Source: Octopus vulgaris (Eukaryota). From it: a DNA stretch of 64,000 nt. The DNA lies in the NCBI GenBank assembly GCA_951406725.2, contig OX597815.1, positions 94,054,001 to 94,118,000 on the forward strand, given 5' to 3'. Position 1 is the first letter of the stretch. Each line of letters begins with the position of its first letter. The position numbers and the translations under genes are program-made. Positions 1 through 14,350 of this stretch are shown one piece after another. Below the pieces are notes generated by a model, which saw only the letters and a list, made by a program, of their open reading frames with translations, searched no databases and was not told where the DNA came from.

Positions 1-59
1 AGATCTTAGAGGCTTGATCCTTCTTAATTTCTTATCCTATAGCCTAATGCATATTTTTA

Positions 60-465
60 TAGCCATAATGACATTACCCAATGTCTTCATTGAAGTCGCC
101 AGTTGTGATAAGGTTACTGTCTTTTATCAAGGTGGTCTGCGAGAGGATTTCATAGTAACAGGCCTATGACTCATCTGTCAGTTCTGACTGTGGTGCATGT
201 ACAGAGATCACTGTTGTATTATCCAAGAATACCTAAAATTATATTGTCATTTTCTGACTACCTCAATTACTTGATCCATTTACAGTCAACAATAAGCTTA
301 CTCCACCCACCCTGTGACTGTTACCTTCATCCCCCCCCCCCCCGCAAGGAGTGTGATGAGTTTCCCCCAACACTTTACCTTTTGTATACAGTACACATCT
401 ACTTGCCTCCACTGTAGCATCTCTACAATCTCTTTCTATGTATCAATATTAGTAGTAGGTGTCTT
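60..465 (-). mobile_element. Decayed RTE-clade LINE fragment, apurinic endonuclease (APE) N-terminal part
   Basis: Minus-strand translation gives EIVEMLQWRQVDVYCIQ, VISVHAPQ and ITTGDFNEDIG, which resemble RTE APE motifs; interrupted by stops. Confidence 0.7.
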
Positions 466-1586
466 AAGTTTTGCAACTGATAGGATGAGTAAAGTTTCGG
501 CTGATGGGTGGCTTGTTTGACTGTCATTTTGAAATAAATTCTTTCAGTTACTTATCAATAATGGAAGTAAAGCTATGCACATGTATGCAGCATGTGATAG
601 CAACATTTGAAAATTGAGAAGTTAGTATACCTAAAATAAAACAAAACTAACACAACTACATGAAATAAAGTTTAAAAGTTAACCTGGGAGATAATGGTGC
701 TGCTATAGAACAAGAATTTGAAACTTCGGGGTTTTTATAACAGTAGTATAGAAGAAAATAAAGTTTGACAGTAGAGATGGTGACAGGTTTAATGTTACAC
801 CACAGCACTACAAAAATGAAGTGGCTTAAAATGGGTGAAGGACAAACCCTTGAAGTATTAAGGAATAAAAAAAATCTAAATTAAAAAAGAAGACTATAAA
901 GTCTTGCAGGAGAACAATTAGAAAATGAAAATATGGGTGCTTTATGAAATCTGTCATGGAGCATAGTTAATTAATTCATAATAAATTATAAGCACTACAT
1001 TTCTTAATGTTTATTTGTAAAAATACAGAATGTCCCACAGAAAGAGGGCAAGAGAGAGAGAGAGAGAGGGATGTGTGTGAAACAAACAGGGTGTATAAAA
1101 AGAGATTAACAAATTCAACATATTCACAATAGTATAATGTCACTGCTATTAATTAGTTATGTTATAAAGAATACAAGATAAATCTACACAACAATCAGAT
1201 ATATATAGAAAACATTAAATTTATTTCTTGTAGAATATGCTTACACCAGTCTTTTCACCACCATCACCGAGTGAACACAAAATGACTAGATATTAATGTT
1301 ATCTAAACTCCACCCAAGTCAGCTTTGATAAAACAGACCTATGCTTAAATAGGTTCCAGCCACAAATCTACCACCTTTTTCTCTAATGAGACCTTCCAAT
1401 TTTTGGACAGCAAGGTTTGTCTGACATTTCTACCAGGTTAAGGGGCTGCATAGAGGCTTTTTGCTAGCTTGAATAATTAAATGTTTTTCAGTTATGTAAT
1501 ACAATCAAACCACTGCAAATTAAGGCATTTGCATGCATCATCAAAAGCATGAGCATGGTGTTAAATGTATCAAAGGAAACATTCAT

Positions 1587-1768
1587 TTAACCCATTACTA
1601 TTTAAAGTGGCACATCAAGCCTCTCACACCCATCCTACAAAGTCATTCTAAAAATCAACAGTCACATCATTGAAATCTCAAAGCTACAAGATAATGCATA
1701 ATTAATTCAAAATAATGTGAATAAATAACTTAACATTTGGCAGAGTAATCTGAATGCTATAGGGTTAA
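1587..1768. mobile_element. piggyBac-type MITE
   Basis: TTAA-cccattacta ... aatgctataggg-TTAA ends; internal sequence shared with the copy at 4560-4785. Confidence 0.65.
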
Positions 1769-1937
1769 TAACCAACCAGCACAGCCACAATGATAAAGCT
1801 GAACCCAGTAAAAGAGTGATTTTTGCTCAACTCTTTAACCACCAATCAATCAATCAACCATATACTAAGAAAGTTATCATAATCATCGTCATTACAAGCC
1901 AACAAGACCCTCTGTGGATGCTCAACTTGTTTGAAAT

Positions 1938-1968
<31 letters not shown>

Positions 1969-2028
1969 TGTATTCATGTGTAGATATGTGTGTGCCCACA
2001 ATATATACATATATATATATATATATAT
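1938..2028. repeat. (CA)n and (TA)n microsatellites
   Basis: Seen directly. Confidence 0.9.
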
Positions 2029-3379
2029 GCATGCGCAGAAATTTATGATCAGCCCAGACAAATGTCAGGCTTAGATAAGATACTGCTCACCTGCATTATA
2101 TACCAAGCTTGTACTTGTTTAGCACAGAGATCATAAGTTGAAACTGAAACATTTCCGCCCAGGTAGAGTGATGATAGCCAAACACTGATATCATTATATT
2201 CACATTTGATACTATTGCAAAATAAAACCTAAGGGACTATAATAGTTTGTGTGTGCAAATCATGCTATGGATATTACTATATCCTATGCTTAATGTTATA
2301 TGGTTAATTTTATTGAAATGGCTCCTCCAAAAGTGATCACAAATGGCCTTTGCAATTTGTATGTATGCATGTGTGAGCACACACATTCTACATGCACATT
2401 TCAGCTCTTAGACTGTGGTCATGCTGAAGGACCACATTAGGATAAAAGTAGACCGGATCAACTCTGGGATTTATTTTATGAACCTTGAAAGATGAAACTG
2501 CAAAGTGGACCTGGGATATATTCTTTTACGTTTCAAACTTGACACTGTGGCCATGCTGGGGAAAATCTAGGCAGGATGTTTTTCTTTCTTTTCTTTAAAC
2601 AGTAACTTAAAACTCAATCTCTGAATGAAAATAAGTAAAATAATGAATATAGAATGACAAGTTTCTGAAATGCAAGGGTATCAGTGAAGCAGATGGTAGA
2701 ATGGGGTTTTAAAAAAGACAAGTGCACCAACAAACAGCAGGGCATACATGTTACAAAAAAAAAAAAAAAAAATGTCTAAATATAGGTAAATTGAACTGGG
2801 TTTATGAATTGTCAGCAATATGTCACTGACATGGATTATCTGCTGATGTCAACAAATTTAAACAGAACCATAGCAGACAAAAGACACTAGATACATCAGC
2901 AAATTCTACAGTCTCTCTGCCCTACTCCAACCCATGTTTTTGTTGAGACAGATGTAAACAGTGTTAACATTACTGTACAAACAGGAAAAGCCCATCAAAA
3001 TAAACAGACATTATCTCTGGTACAGATTAACCCAGCAGTGAGCTAATAGATACTGGAACTGAACATCTCCACAGGCTGTATATAAAACAGAAAAAGTCCT
3101 TAGGATAGGGCCTTGTGTAGAAAGAAGCCACAGAAACAACTAAAAAAGAGAACAGTTTGAAATTTAGTGTTCTCTGATATGTAATATACACTGAATAGTA
3201 GTTATAACTGAAATTTAATAATAGTGCTAATGAAAGAGAGCAAGCAGAAACTGGAAATTCTGCACAAACAGCTAACTAATTGCAAGGTACAAATAGACTG
3301 TTGGCATATCTGGAACAGTGTACAAAACTTGGGTCCCACTTTGTAAGAAACTGTACCATGTCTTTTCCCCATGTGGCAC

Positions 3380-3560
3380 CATGTGAATGTGCCTATGCAG
3401 TGCCATGTAAAAAGCACCCAGCACACACTGTAAAGTGGTTGGTGTTAGGAAGGGCATCCAGCCATGGAAACAATACCAAATCAAACTGGAGTCTGGTGCA
3501 GCTCTGCAGCTCTGGTCAAACCGTCTAACCCATGCCGACATGGACAACAGACAATTAATG
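3380..3560 (+). mobile_element. RTE 3'-end-related SINE/LINE tail
   Basis: ggtgttaggaagggcatccagc ... ccgtctaacccatgcc matches the 3' end of the RTE at 8062-8220 and copies near 11.7, 22.4 and 33.1 kb. Confidence 0.7.
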
Positions 3561-4559
3561 ATTGTCCATCAATATTTACAACACATGCCCCAAGCCAATG
3601 AGAAGGAATCTGTAGTTACCTGCCTTGCTAGCAACAGCAAGCAAATTTCCCCCCAAATTACATTCAACCATCTTAAAGAAGAACATGTTAGGCAGGATAG
3701 TAATACCTTTGATCACAGGTCTGCTTGTTCAGGAAGTCATTTTGCAAGTACTTGACCTGCTAGACATAACTAAATTTACTTCAAATCACATCACACTAAT
3801 ACTGCCCCCACCCCCCACAAAAACTTGAAAACAACAGAGATGGTCACAGTTGAAATGCATTCAATCAAAAGGTCTGCTGGACCAAGGCTATTGACTTGGG
3901 AGCAAAAATATAACCAGTTCACCACTTCTGCTACTACTCCAAAATCCCAACTAAATACATGTAACTCCTCTTCTGTACTACCATACTCACTGCTATCCCT
4001 CTTCTCTATTACCATGCTTACTGCCCAATGATCTAGGTAGGGGAAGGGAGAGGAGATGCAATCAAGGACAGAACCAAATCTGTTAAATATCTGTCATATA
4101 CCATTCATCACTGTTAATTACAGGGTTTAGAACAACAAGAGTCTGCAGACAGTTAGTTACATTTCCTCCACATGTCACGAATTTGAAGGTTAACATAAAT
4201 CAACCTTTAGCAAACTCAACCCAATTGTGTTTAGAGAGAACTGGATACATTAAAACTACATTAAGTTGCAACATCAACAAGAGATAATCCACAGCACCAC
4301 ACATTCGCACACACACAAAGAATTGTGTGTGCACACAGACTACCACCATAAACACTGAACACCTAAATAAAAATTTAATGTTTCATAAATACCTTGGAAT
4401 ATGTTATTAAGTAAATTATGAAAAGTTACATTAAATTAAAAATTGACAAGTTTATCCCCACAGATTTATTAAAGCAAAGTTTCAATAGAGTAAGAGTTAA
4501 ATCAAAGATTCAGATCCAAAATTAATTAGGGTATTAGAATTGCTTTCTACCAGAATCTC

Positions 4560-4785
4560 TTAAAAATTTTAGTGTTTAAATCACCCATATCTGGCCCAAA
4601 TATTCCACCTGTTTTATGTTTAAACCAGTTGCATTCAGCCTCTTATACCTTCCGTATGATGTCATGAAAAATAAACAAGCGCACCATCCGAATCTCAATG
4701 CAAAAAAGATAATGAGTGAGTAATTCAAAACAATGAACAAATAAGCATAACAGTTGACAGAATAATCTGAATGCTAAAGGGTTAA
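4560..4785. mobile_element. piggyBac-type MITE, second copy
   Basis: Ends in gacagaataatctgaatgctaaaggg-TTAA; similar to 1587-1768. Confidence 0.6.
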
Positions 4786-6599
4786 ACTGATTTGAATATT
4801 TTCAGGGTAGAAAATTTGTGAAATTAGAAGTGTCAACACATTGCATTATAATTTATATTTAGTTGGAAATAGGCCATTTTTAGTAATTCTGATTCCACAG
4901 ACCTGGCACAAGGCTACAAACTTAAGGAGAGGAATTAGTTGATTAAACTGACCCTAGTATTTGACTGGAACTTAGACAATGATGAGATGTGAACTCAGAA
5001 AGCAAAAAGCCAGAATTAAATGTCGTAAGGAATTATAATGTTCTAATAATTGCACCAATCCTCTGCTCAAATAATAACAGTATCTAATATGGGCATGAGG
5101 CCTGAAATTTTTGGAGGAGATGGTTAAACAACTACATTGACCCCCAAAAAGATGAAAGGTAAAGCTAAGCTTGATGGGGTTTGAATTCAGAATATAAAGG
5201 ATCATAAGAAAATACTAAAACATCTTGTCTGGTGTTCTAATTATTCTGCTTATCCACCATCAGAACAGTTCTTATTAAATAGCTTTTAAAGCCTGAAAAT
5301 GCTGGATGCTTTTGGGAACATGAAAATAGTTTTGAGATGGTTTTAGCAAAACCTGCTAAAAAGGGTACCTAAGATGAGCAACAATATCAATAATAGACTA
5401 ACAAATAAGCGTTAACAATCACATTTGACAGAGTAATCCAAGAAGATATACATCTCATCATGGTCTAGTTTACCAGTTCAAGAGAAATCAATAGCATAGA
5501 AAATTTGTTATTAAAATGATGAAACTGAAAACAATCCATTCCAACATTTTGTAGATCCAAATCTTTTCCTCATCCTTTACCACTAGTGTCACTTTTGAGC
5601 AACAGGGGTATGTAAAATTCTCTTAGGAATCAAAAACAAAAAAGTTGAAACATTTCTGATTTACTAGTTTATTATAACAACCAATAGGATAACAGATATC
5701 TAACTTTTGATAACAGCTTATATATCCTCTGACCTATATGTATGGTGTCCCATTAACCTTTCAGTTATCTATGTCACTATGAAAAAATTTCTCTCTCCAG
5801 CAGATCTTTAAGTCTTTAATTTTCTTCCATTTACATCATTCCCTTGCCCTTTTCCAACATTTTTGCATTCTATCTTACACATGTACCAAACTATATTCTA
5901 TACCTATCCTTCCTAATTTCTCATCTGCTCATTTTCCAACCTATTTTCAACCCATATTCTTGCCCCTGATATTTGTATATAACTTCACATGAAAGATACA
6001 ACACAGTAAACCTGGATATAGACAATTCCTGTCTTAGTTTGACATGGTTTCTTTTCTGTACTAAAAATTTATTTATTTCAAAAGAATTAAAATAAGAATT
6101 GTTTAAAATTATGCAAAAACAAATTGTATTTACTAGTGTATAAAAGGTGCACTTTGTTTTTAAATGTATCCAATGCAATCAGATTAGAGGAGAGACCAAG
6201 TGCCATAGGTTAGGGAGCTGAATGAGCTCCCTACCCTACAACATTGTACTTCCCTACCATACATAAACTATACCTAATATGTTTTACATTATTTAATGAA
6301 TGTACAACCTTTTAAGAAACATTTGTTATGAAAAATACCTATAGAAAGACAAATGGAATATTAACAAGCTTTCATTTGCTTTGTCAGCCATTTACAATGG
6401 GTGAAAGCCAACAAAACCAAAGCAATGGTGTGCCACCCTGGTAGCCAATAGTGGTAACTCAAAACACCTCAGCCAGAAATAGGAGTTTCACATGCTGTAT
6501 GGCAATTCTCTTGACCAAAATATAAACAACCATACAGCTAATCTGAAAAAAATATACAGTTAAGATATGGTACTCCCATAACATCTATTTTATAAGTTT

Positions 6600-6699
6600 N
6601 NNNNNNNNNNNNNNNNNNNNNNNNNNNNNNNNNNNNNNNNNNNNNNNNNNNNNNNNNNNNNNNNNNNNNNNNNNNNNNNNNNNNNNNNNNNNNNNNNNN
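6600..6699. other. Assembly gap (100 N)
   Basis: Run of 100 N, a typical fixed-size scaffold spacer. Confidence 0.99.
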
Positions 6700-6719
6700 T
6701 CTACAGAGTTCAAACCTAT

Positions 6720-6910
6720 GTATGTGTTCGTTCCCTCACCACCTGACCAGTATTGCTTTGTTCACATCCCCTTGACCTAGCAGTTTGGCAAAGAGATCAA
6801 TAGAATAGGTACCAGACTTAAAAAATAATAGTGGGGTTAATTTGTTCATCTAAACCCTTCAAGGCAGAGCTCCAGTATGGCCACAGCCCAATGACTGAAG
6901 CTAGTAAAAA
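6720..6910 (+). mobile_element. SINE 3' half (octopus-type tRNA-derived SINE)
   Basis: aatagaataggtaccag ... ctccagtatggccacagcccaatgactgaa; same family as 26003-26336 and 42130-42330. Confidence 0.7.
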
Positions 6911-7380
6911 ATTCTAAAACATTTTATTCTTTTACCTGTTTCAGTCATTTGACTGCAGCCATGCTGGAGCACCACCTTAAAACTGTAGCATTTCCAAAGC
7001 AGGAGAATGAATCCTGGCCACCACAGGAAAAATAAACTTATTTACACGTGTTTTTAAAATTATAAAACCATGTTCCAGAAATGAGATATGTGAAGAACCA
7101 GAAATGAGATGCTAAACTAATTAAAACACTGGAACACACACATGCAGCACGTATTTTATAGTGTTGGAACCTGTTAAGAAAATATTACACGAAGCATAGT
7201 ATCATTATCTTAAGTAAACAAAATTAACATTCTGCTTTGCTAATTGACTGGGAGAGTCAAGAAATAAAGTCTCCACTAAAAACTAGTTTACTTTTGCTGC
7301 ACTCATTCACAAGTTAGTATTTAGACTCTATGCAGTCATTTAACCTGCTAGAACTAGTGGCCAAATTTCCCTCAAAATCA

Positions 7381-7812
7381 TCTACATTAATAAAAGTGGA
7401 ATTCTGTCTGTCTGGGACCCCTGCACCTCAGCCTACATTGGCTCTACATAGGCACATTATACCTTTTTGAAATCAGGATGATCCTGGGATTGAAAATCTG
7501 CCCTTCACTTGGTTCTTGAACATCCAGCATTGGGATCTGATTTGAAAGCATTTGGGTTGCTATTTCTAGCAGTTAAAGCTTGGCTGATTCATGCCATCTT
7601 GCTTGACATTTGTCAGATTACATCAGAGATCAAGGGGGAGAGAAATGACATTCGCTTTGTAAATTTAATACTGAGATAAGAACTTTGGGATAAATTGACC
7701 AACAGTTGGAATTCAAATTGGGACTGGAACAATAGAATTATTGATCAGAGGTTAAGAACAGATGAAAATTAATTCTGTAATCCAAATTACCACTGGGGTA
7801 TATAGTTGCTAT
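7381..7812 (+). mobile_element. Possible non-autonomous Helitron
   Basis: A|TCtacattaataaaag followed by tctgtctgtctg, a common invertebrate Helitron 5' end; degenerate 3' end ggtatatagttgcta. Confidence 0.4.
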
Positions 7813-8061
7813 AGATGTATTATAGTAATGGCTACCTAGATCTTTACCATAGCATCCAAGAATCTGACCTTCACAATTTCTTTGTCAGTGACTGCTGTCT
7901 TTCTGTAACCCATAGTTTCACCCAAAATCTGTCATTCATTTAACATAATCTGCACAGCAATTGTCTATCTTGCATAAGTCTTTTTTTTCTTTTGTCCAGA
8001 CTCCACCCACTAATAACTCATTTAACCCCTTTGTTACTATATTTTTTGTAGACATATGCCT

Positions 8062-9890
8062 TTCATCATCATCGTTGCTTAACATCCGCTTTCCATGCTG
8101 GCATGGGTTGGACAGTTTAACTGAGGACTGGCAAGCCAGAAGAGTGTACCAGGCTCCAATCTGATCAGGCAAAGTTTCTACAGCTGGATGCCCTTCCTAA
8201 TGCCAACTACTCAGAGAGTGTAATGGGTGCTATTTATGCGCCACCAGCACACAGACCAGTCAGACAGTACAGGCATTGACCACGCTTGAATGGTGCTTTT
8301 TACATGCCACCAGCATGGGAACCAGTCAGTTGGTACTGGCAACAACCACTCTCGAATGGTGCTTTTTACATGCAACTGGCACAGGTGGTACTGGCATCAG
8401 CCACAACTTCACTTGACTCAACAGGTCCTTGCAAGCACAGTTTATTGCCCAATGATTAAAGGGTACTCTTAAATGGGCTGGTTATGCTGCTCTGGTATAG
8501 GCCACAGTTACAGTCTCACTTGGCTTGCCGGGTCTTCTCAAGCATAGTATATCTCCAAAGGTCACTTGTCATCACCTCTGTGAGGCCCAACATTCAAAGG
8601 TCGTGCTTCACCACCTCATCCCAGGTCTTCTTGAGTCTACATCTTCCACAGGTTCCCTCTACTGCTAGGGTGTGACACTTTTTCACACAGCTGTCCTCAT
8701 CCATACACAACCCATGACCATACCAGTGCAGTCATCTCTCTTGTGCACATCTGATGCTTATGTCCAACTTTTCTCTCGGTGCTTACACTGTCGTGTATGC
8801 ACACTGACATTACAAATCCAGCAGAGCATACTAGCTTCATTTCTTGCAAGCTTACGAATGTCCTCAGCAGTCACGGCCCATGTAGCATGGTTGTTTGCAC
8901 ATGTGCGTCATACAGTCTACTTTTTACTCTGAGCGAGAGGCCCTTTGTCACCAGCAGAGGTAGGAGCTCTCTGAACTTTTCCCAGGCTATTCTTATTCTA
9001 GCAGCTACTCTCTCATAGCATCAACTTCCGCTACTGACTTGGTTACCTAGGTAATGGAAGCTATCGACTACTTCCAGTTTTTCCCCTTGGAATGTGACGG
9101 AAGCTGTTTTCTGCACATCTTCAGTGTTTATTGCCCCTGAGCATTTACCACACACAAAAAGTATCTTCCCAGTTAGCCTTCCTTTGATATTGCTGCACCT
9201 CTTTTGACCCCTACCTGAAATTCTTCACCTTACTGACAACATCCCTGTTCATGGCTTCTACAACTCTCACTAACCACTCATCTACCCTAGTTTCTGCATT
9301 GACCACCAGATAAGGGATCATGGGACACCGCCAAAGGCTTTCTCCATGTCAATGAAAGGTAGGTACAGAGGTTTAGCTTTGGTTCAGTATGTCTTACCAG
9401 AAATATAGCATCAGTGGTGCTTTTCCCTGGCACAAACCCAAACTGCATCTCATCTTAGTTGGGCTATGACCCTCTCTGTGACTTTCATTACCTGATCCAA
9501 CAACTTGATACCTCTGTAATTATTCATATCTAATGCATCATCTTTACCCTTGTAGCAGTTGACGATGGTGCTGCTACACCAGTCAATGTACCACCTGATT
9601 GACTATATGGGTGACTAGACTATAGCTGACACCGCAAGATATTTTAAGCATCTCTGATGGGCCAGGAGTTTTCCCTGTCTTCATACACTTAATTTCTTTA
9701 CCAAGGTACTGTCAGTTCGGATAGCTGGTCCCTCTGTTGGGTCGACATTCAGCAGACTCTCTCCCATTCATTCTCTTCATTTAGAAACCTTTCATAGTGG
9801 CGTCTCCAAGTCTCTCTCTTTGTAGCCTCATTAAATGCAAGTGAGCCATCATCCATGCAGACACATTTCTCTCCTATGACATCTTTTGTT
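8062..9890 (-). mobile_element. 5'-truncated, internally deleted RTE (RTE-X-like) LINE
   Basis: WRRHYERFLNEENEW, NYRGIKLLDQVMKV, QFGFVPGKSTTDAIF, FIDMEKAF, a Cys-rich insert, KLEVVDSFHYLG; (GAT)n tail at about 8062; the YADD region appears deleted near 9205. Confidence 0.88.
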
Positions 9891-9949
9891 TTGATTAATT
9901 TTGAAAAAGAATTCAGTAAATAACTCATTAAGCTAGTGTCTAATAAATT

Positions 9950-10140
9950 GTTAGCAAGCTTGGCAAAATGCTTAGTAGCATTTTGTCTGTATTTATGTTC
10001 TGAGTTCAAATTTCACCAAAGTCAACTTTGTCTTATATCCTTCCGGGGTCAAAAAGATAAGTACCAGTTGAACACTGGGGGTCAATATAATCAACTTAGC
10101 CCTCAACTGAAATTGCTAAGCTTGTGCCAAAAAATTGACA
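9950..10140 (+). mobile_element. tRNA-derived SINE (second family)
   Basis: gttctgagttcaaat B-box-like motif and gataagtaccagttgaacactgggg; related copies at about 12745-12940, 24085-24250, 53150-53290 and 58350-58500. Confidence 0.7.
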
Positions 10141-10229
10141 CCATCATTAAGTTAGTGTTTGGAACATATATGAACATGAAATTTTGATGAAAATGTTTAA
10201 TTTAAGACTAAGTTTATATCAGAGAACCA

Positions 10230-11240
10230 GTAATAAAATGATAGTATTACTATCAAACAACAAAATATAGCTGTGCAATATTTCTATTGTGAAACTGTCC
10301 AAAGCACTCTTTATACAAAGGCGCTTTGCAAAATGACCACATACATGAGGTCTCAACCCAATATCCTTTCACAGTTTTTCTTTTTTGCTGTGAACACAGC
10401 CTGCAAACATTTTCCCTTCCATTTCTTTTTTTCCCACTTTATGGAAGTCAATATTTTCTCTGTTGACATCCACCTCAGATAATATTGCTTTTTACCCAGT
10501 TCTGTGCTTTCTGGAAGAAAAAGCACTCACATAACTGAGATGCGATGTCAACACAAAATTTCAAATGGCCGTTGTCCTTTGGTGATGGAGGTAACTAGTG
10601 GCTTTTTACATAATATATGAATTAACAATAGTTAGAGATAATGCTGGAGGTATATGCCATAGTGGATGAGGTCTTCCACAAATAAAAATTATGCATTGAG
10701 CATATTTGCTTCCTCCACGACAGTTTAAAAAGAACTTTTTGGTAAAAATAAACCAATGATTAAGTATCAGGAAATAGATTGTGTTGATGACTAGTCTTTT
10801 CTGTGAAATTGGGAATTGTGGTTGATGTAGTAATCTTCAACCATGTTGCCATAGTGTTTTCAATATCATTTTCATCACTTTCATTATCAAAATCTTCCTT
10901 GTCAGATGAAGATTCATAAATATCAATATCAGATTTGTCCAACATCAACAGTAAAACCATCAAAGTCAGATTCACTACTTGCTGATACCATATCATTAAA
11001 AACTAAGATATACACTCTCTTCAAACATTGAAAAACCAAGACGTCCCAAAAATTTCATGGTATTTTTACTTGAATAAAAGGTGGGAAAGGCTTTATCTAG
11101 CATTATCTCAAAACTATGAGAATTCAGTAACATGATTTGTTTATTTTTTTTTAGGCGATTTCAAAGAATCAAATATGGCCGGATCTGGCTGGTTCAAACA
11201 AATTAAGGGGAATTATTTTCTGAACACTGAAGGTTTAAAC
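10230..11240 (-). mobile_element. Internally deleted piggyBac transposon relic
   Basis: Acidic N-terminus SDIDIYESSSDKEDFDNESDE..W..IPNF and C-terminal cysteine-rich remnant CKAPLYKECFGQFH; catalytic core absent. Confidence 0.65.
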
Positions 11241-11589
11241 TCTAAAAACAAGCAAAGGAGATAACCTCAATAAGATTAGTTGGAGAGACCCTTGCATGTT
11301 TTTAGATGTAGAATGATCTTGAGATTTTCTCCACAGTGATATTGTTGATGAACTACTATATTACTTTCTCTCTCTCACACACACACAGTTTTAGTTCTGT
11401 CAATTGAATAGAATACACTTTGTTGAGGGTAGCAAATAATACCAAAATATGTCCATTACTTTCACCAATTCGCTTTTAAGACAAAGTCTACTGCAATCTG
11501 CATGGCATTGTCCAAAAATATTGATAAACTGATCTTATTAAAGCTATTTCCTGGCTATTTACATTTTAAACACCAGGAACTTGTATCTA

Positions 11590-11910
11590 CAAGCCCCCTC
11601 CCCTCTAGAGTTTTTTTCTGTCTTGTAAGTACTTGGTTGACAGTGTCAGAGTCACTTAAAAGCACCCAGTCCACACTGTAAAGTGGTTGGCATTTGGAAG
11701 GGCATACAGCCATAAAAACTTTGCCAAAACTGACCTTGCTTGTGCCATGTAAAAAGTACAAAGTCCACTCTGCTGAGCAGATGGTGTTAGGAAGGGCATC
11801 TAGCTGTAAAAATCCTGCCAAAACAATTACAGAAGTCTGGTGCAGGCTTTTGCCTGGCCAGCTCTTGTCAAACCGTCCCACCATGCCAGTAATGAAGGCG
11901 GATGTTAAAC
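11590..11910 (+). mobile_element. RTE 3'-end-related repeat
   Basis: Internally duplicated ggaagggcat..agc unit; an inverted copy lies at 22320-22680. Confidence 0.7.
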
Positions 11911-14089
11911 TTGTATCTACAAGTTGGCTGTGGAAAAAAAAAATCATTTGACAAAGATTCAATGGTTTTTATTCAATGATTTAGTATGCAAAATGTCCTA
12001 CTGGAAATATTTTCAACTACATTGTTATACAAATGTACCTGTGCACACGCACATGTGTATGCAAATGGAATAATTTAAAGCAGCCACAATATGGAAGATT
12101 AGAATTAAAAAGTAGCAATGAAACAGCATTCACTCTTCCAGCTACCCTCAATAACACACCCACACCCAACAGGTCAATAAATAAATGTCAAATTTGAGGA
12201 TCTAACCTCTTCAAAAAGATAACTAGATATAATTATCTAATTTATATGTCATACAAATAACAGCCAATAAATTATATAAAAAAAAAAAGGACATTTGACA
12301 AATATGAATTGAGAAAAACTTAGCTTAGCACTAAGAACTTCAAATTTTTTTTAATATTTCAGGTTTGATCATTTTATGAATATCTTTCCCCAAAGGCATG
12401 GGTTAAAATGTCTCATCACTTGTCTCATTTCCTCATCATCAAAAGCATCTAACAGCAGTGAAAAACCTACCAATCACTAAGGTCATTTTTTTTTTTAATG
12501 GCTGAATGCACTTCCTATCACCAAGAACATAACATAGATTAAGAACATTTTATTGCACCCCTAGTACATGAGGTTTGTCCATTAAAGCTAGACATCTTTT
12601 TACTCTATGTTGAATTTTAGTTGAAGTTATTTTTCAAAAACCACTAAAAAGAATGTGGATTTAATTTCAGCCTTAAAAATACTTCAAAGAAATTTTCATA
12701 TGGAAACAGGAAATAAGATACATTTCATTCTATTGTGTGGGGCAAGGTAGCAGAATTGTTAGCACTCCAGACAAAATGTTTAGTGACATTCCTTTTGGCC
12801 ATTTCTGTCCCAGAGTTCCAATTTCATCAAGGTCAAATTTAACTTTTCATGGTTGATAAAATATGCATCAGTCGAATACTGGGGCCAATGTATTACTTTG
12901 CTTTCGCACTAAAACTGCTTGTCTTGTGCCAAAATTTGCAAGAATTAATACATCTGTCACACATGTACACTGACATACATCTAGTGGAGCATAATGACAT
13001 GAATGATTCACTGTCAATAAAAACCTTCAGAATTTCTTTTATTGGCCACAAGAACTAAAAGATTTAAGGACTGTAGAAGGGTGAGATACAAAAAATGGTG
13101 GTATACATTAAAAAGGCAAAAATTAACAAAAATAGAGAACAATAATATTAAGAAATCCAAAATAAGAAAAAAGTTATTGAAATATGGAAAAAAATTCAAA
13201 TCTGGTTCCCAGGTTCAACTAATAACATGAAAAAAGACCTCATGATAAGCATTCTGATAAAAAAAAAAAATGATAGCTGCATTCTTGCATAAGGCTGTAC
13301 TATTTTTATAGTGCATAATATCAGTTTGCAAACTAATCTACCATTCTTCATTGCGAAATACCATTTTAGCTTTTCACTAAGTACAACAGACATGAAGAAT
13401 TTCAATTCAGATTGCACAAGCAGGTAGAGATTATATATATCATCTACCTATGAGAGGGAGAGGTTTCATTTTTTTTTTTGGTTTTTTTTTTTTTGTTTAC
13501 AGCCTACTGAAGTTTATGTTTAACATAAGGGCTGAATGAAACCTTGGCCCATGGATGCTAATTTATCTCACAAACACAGGATTTATAATTCATAAATTTC
13601 AGTTGCTACAAACTCAAGCAGATAAAAGCTATTTCATACTGGGCTTTAATTTTTTTCCTATTCCTGTACAGTTTTTAAATAAACCTGATTTGAAGCAGGC
13701 ATGAGTATAGACTTAAGGCCTACCCAGCTTAAGACAGAGGTGGAAAAAGTATGGACGTTTAGAAATATAGGTTACTTATTATGAGGGTCTTAGAACATAA
13801 ATATAGGTAGATAAAACTAGTTGACAAAAAGTGTTACAGAAGCATTATGTAGATTTAGATAAAGTGAATATATAGCAGAAAAATAGTAACACCCTGCATG
13901 AGGGTCATGTCAACCTGGTCTTTTTTCAATAACACCATGATACAGCACTACACACATCAAAGAAATATACATTATCCCAAGAATCAAGTAGTCATTCAAT
14001 TCTCCTTCAAATTACATTCCACCATCATGTTTAAAAAAAGGGAAACCTTGGATAGTGCAGTCCTAACTATACTATATAGGGAAATTAGT

Positions 14090-14350
14090 TTGTGAGTAAT
14101 TTCCTGGATTGTTAAAGTCTTCCATGATTATTTGCCAAACTTTCTCAACTGGCTCTTTGATTCAGCTGGTGGATGACCAGCCTGAGCAGGTCTTGCTCTC
14201 CACTGGGGTGTAGACATGTTGAAGTGTTTGTCCTACTCCTTGGTCCGAGTTTTTCCCATGGCATCATTGCCAAAGTCCTACTGAATCTTCTGGATGGTTT
14301 GAGCTTGAGTATGACCAAACTTTTGGCAAAACTTGATGCAATATCTGTTT
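14090..14350 (-). mobile_element. Mariner transposase N-terminal HTH remnant
   Basis: A frame not in the ORF track reads CIKFCQKFGHTQAQTIQKIQ*DFGNDAMGKTRTKE*, like a mariner first HTH. Confidence 0.7.

Noticed and set aside
2800-2990. Faint similarity to an RTE C-terminus
   Set aside because: Too degenerate to support by eye.
6340-6545. Good minus-strand acceptor (tttttttcag) before the gap
   Set aside because: All three frames hit stops shortly after it.
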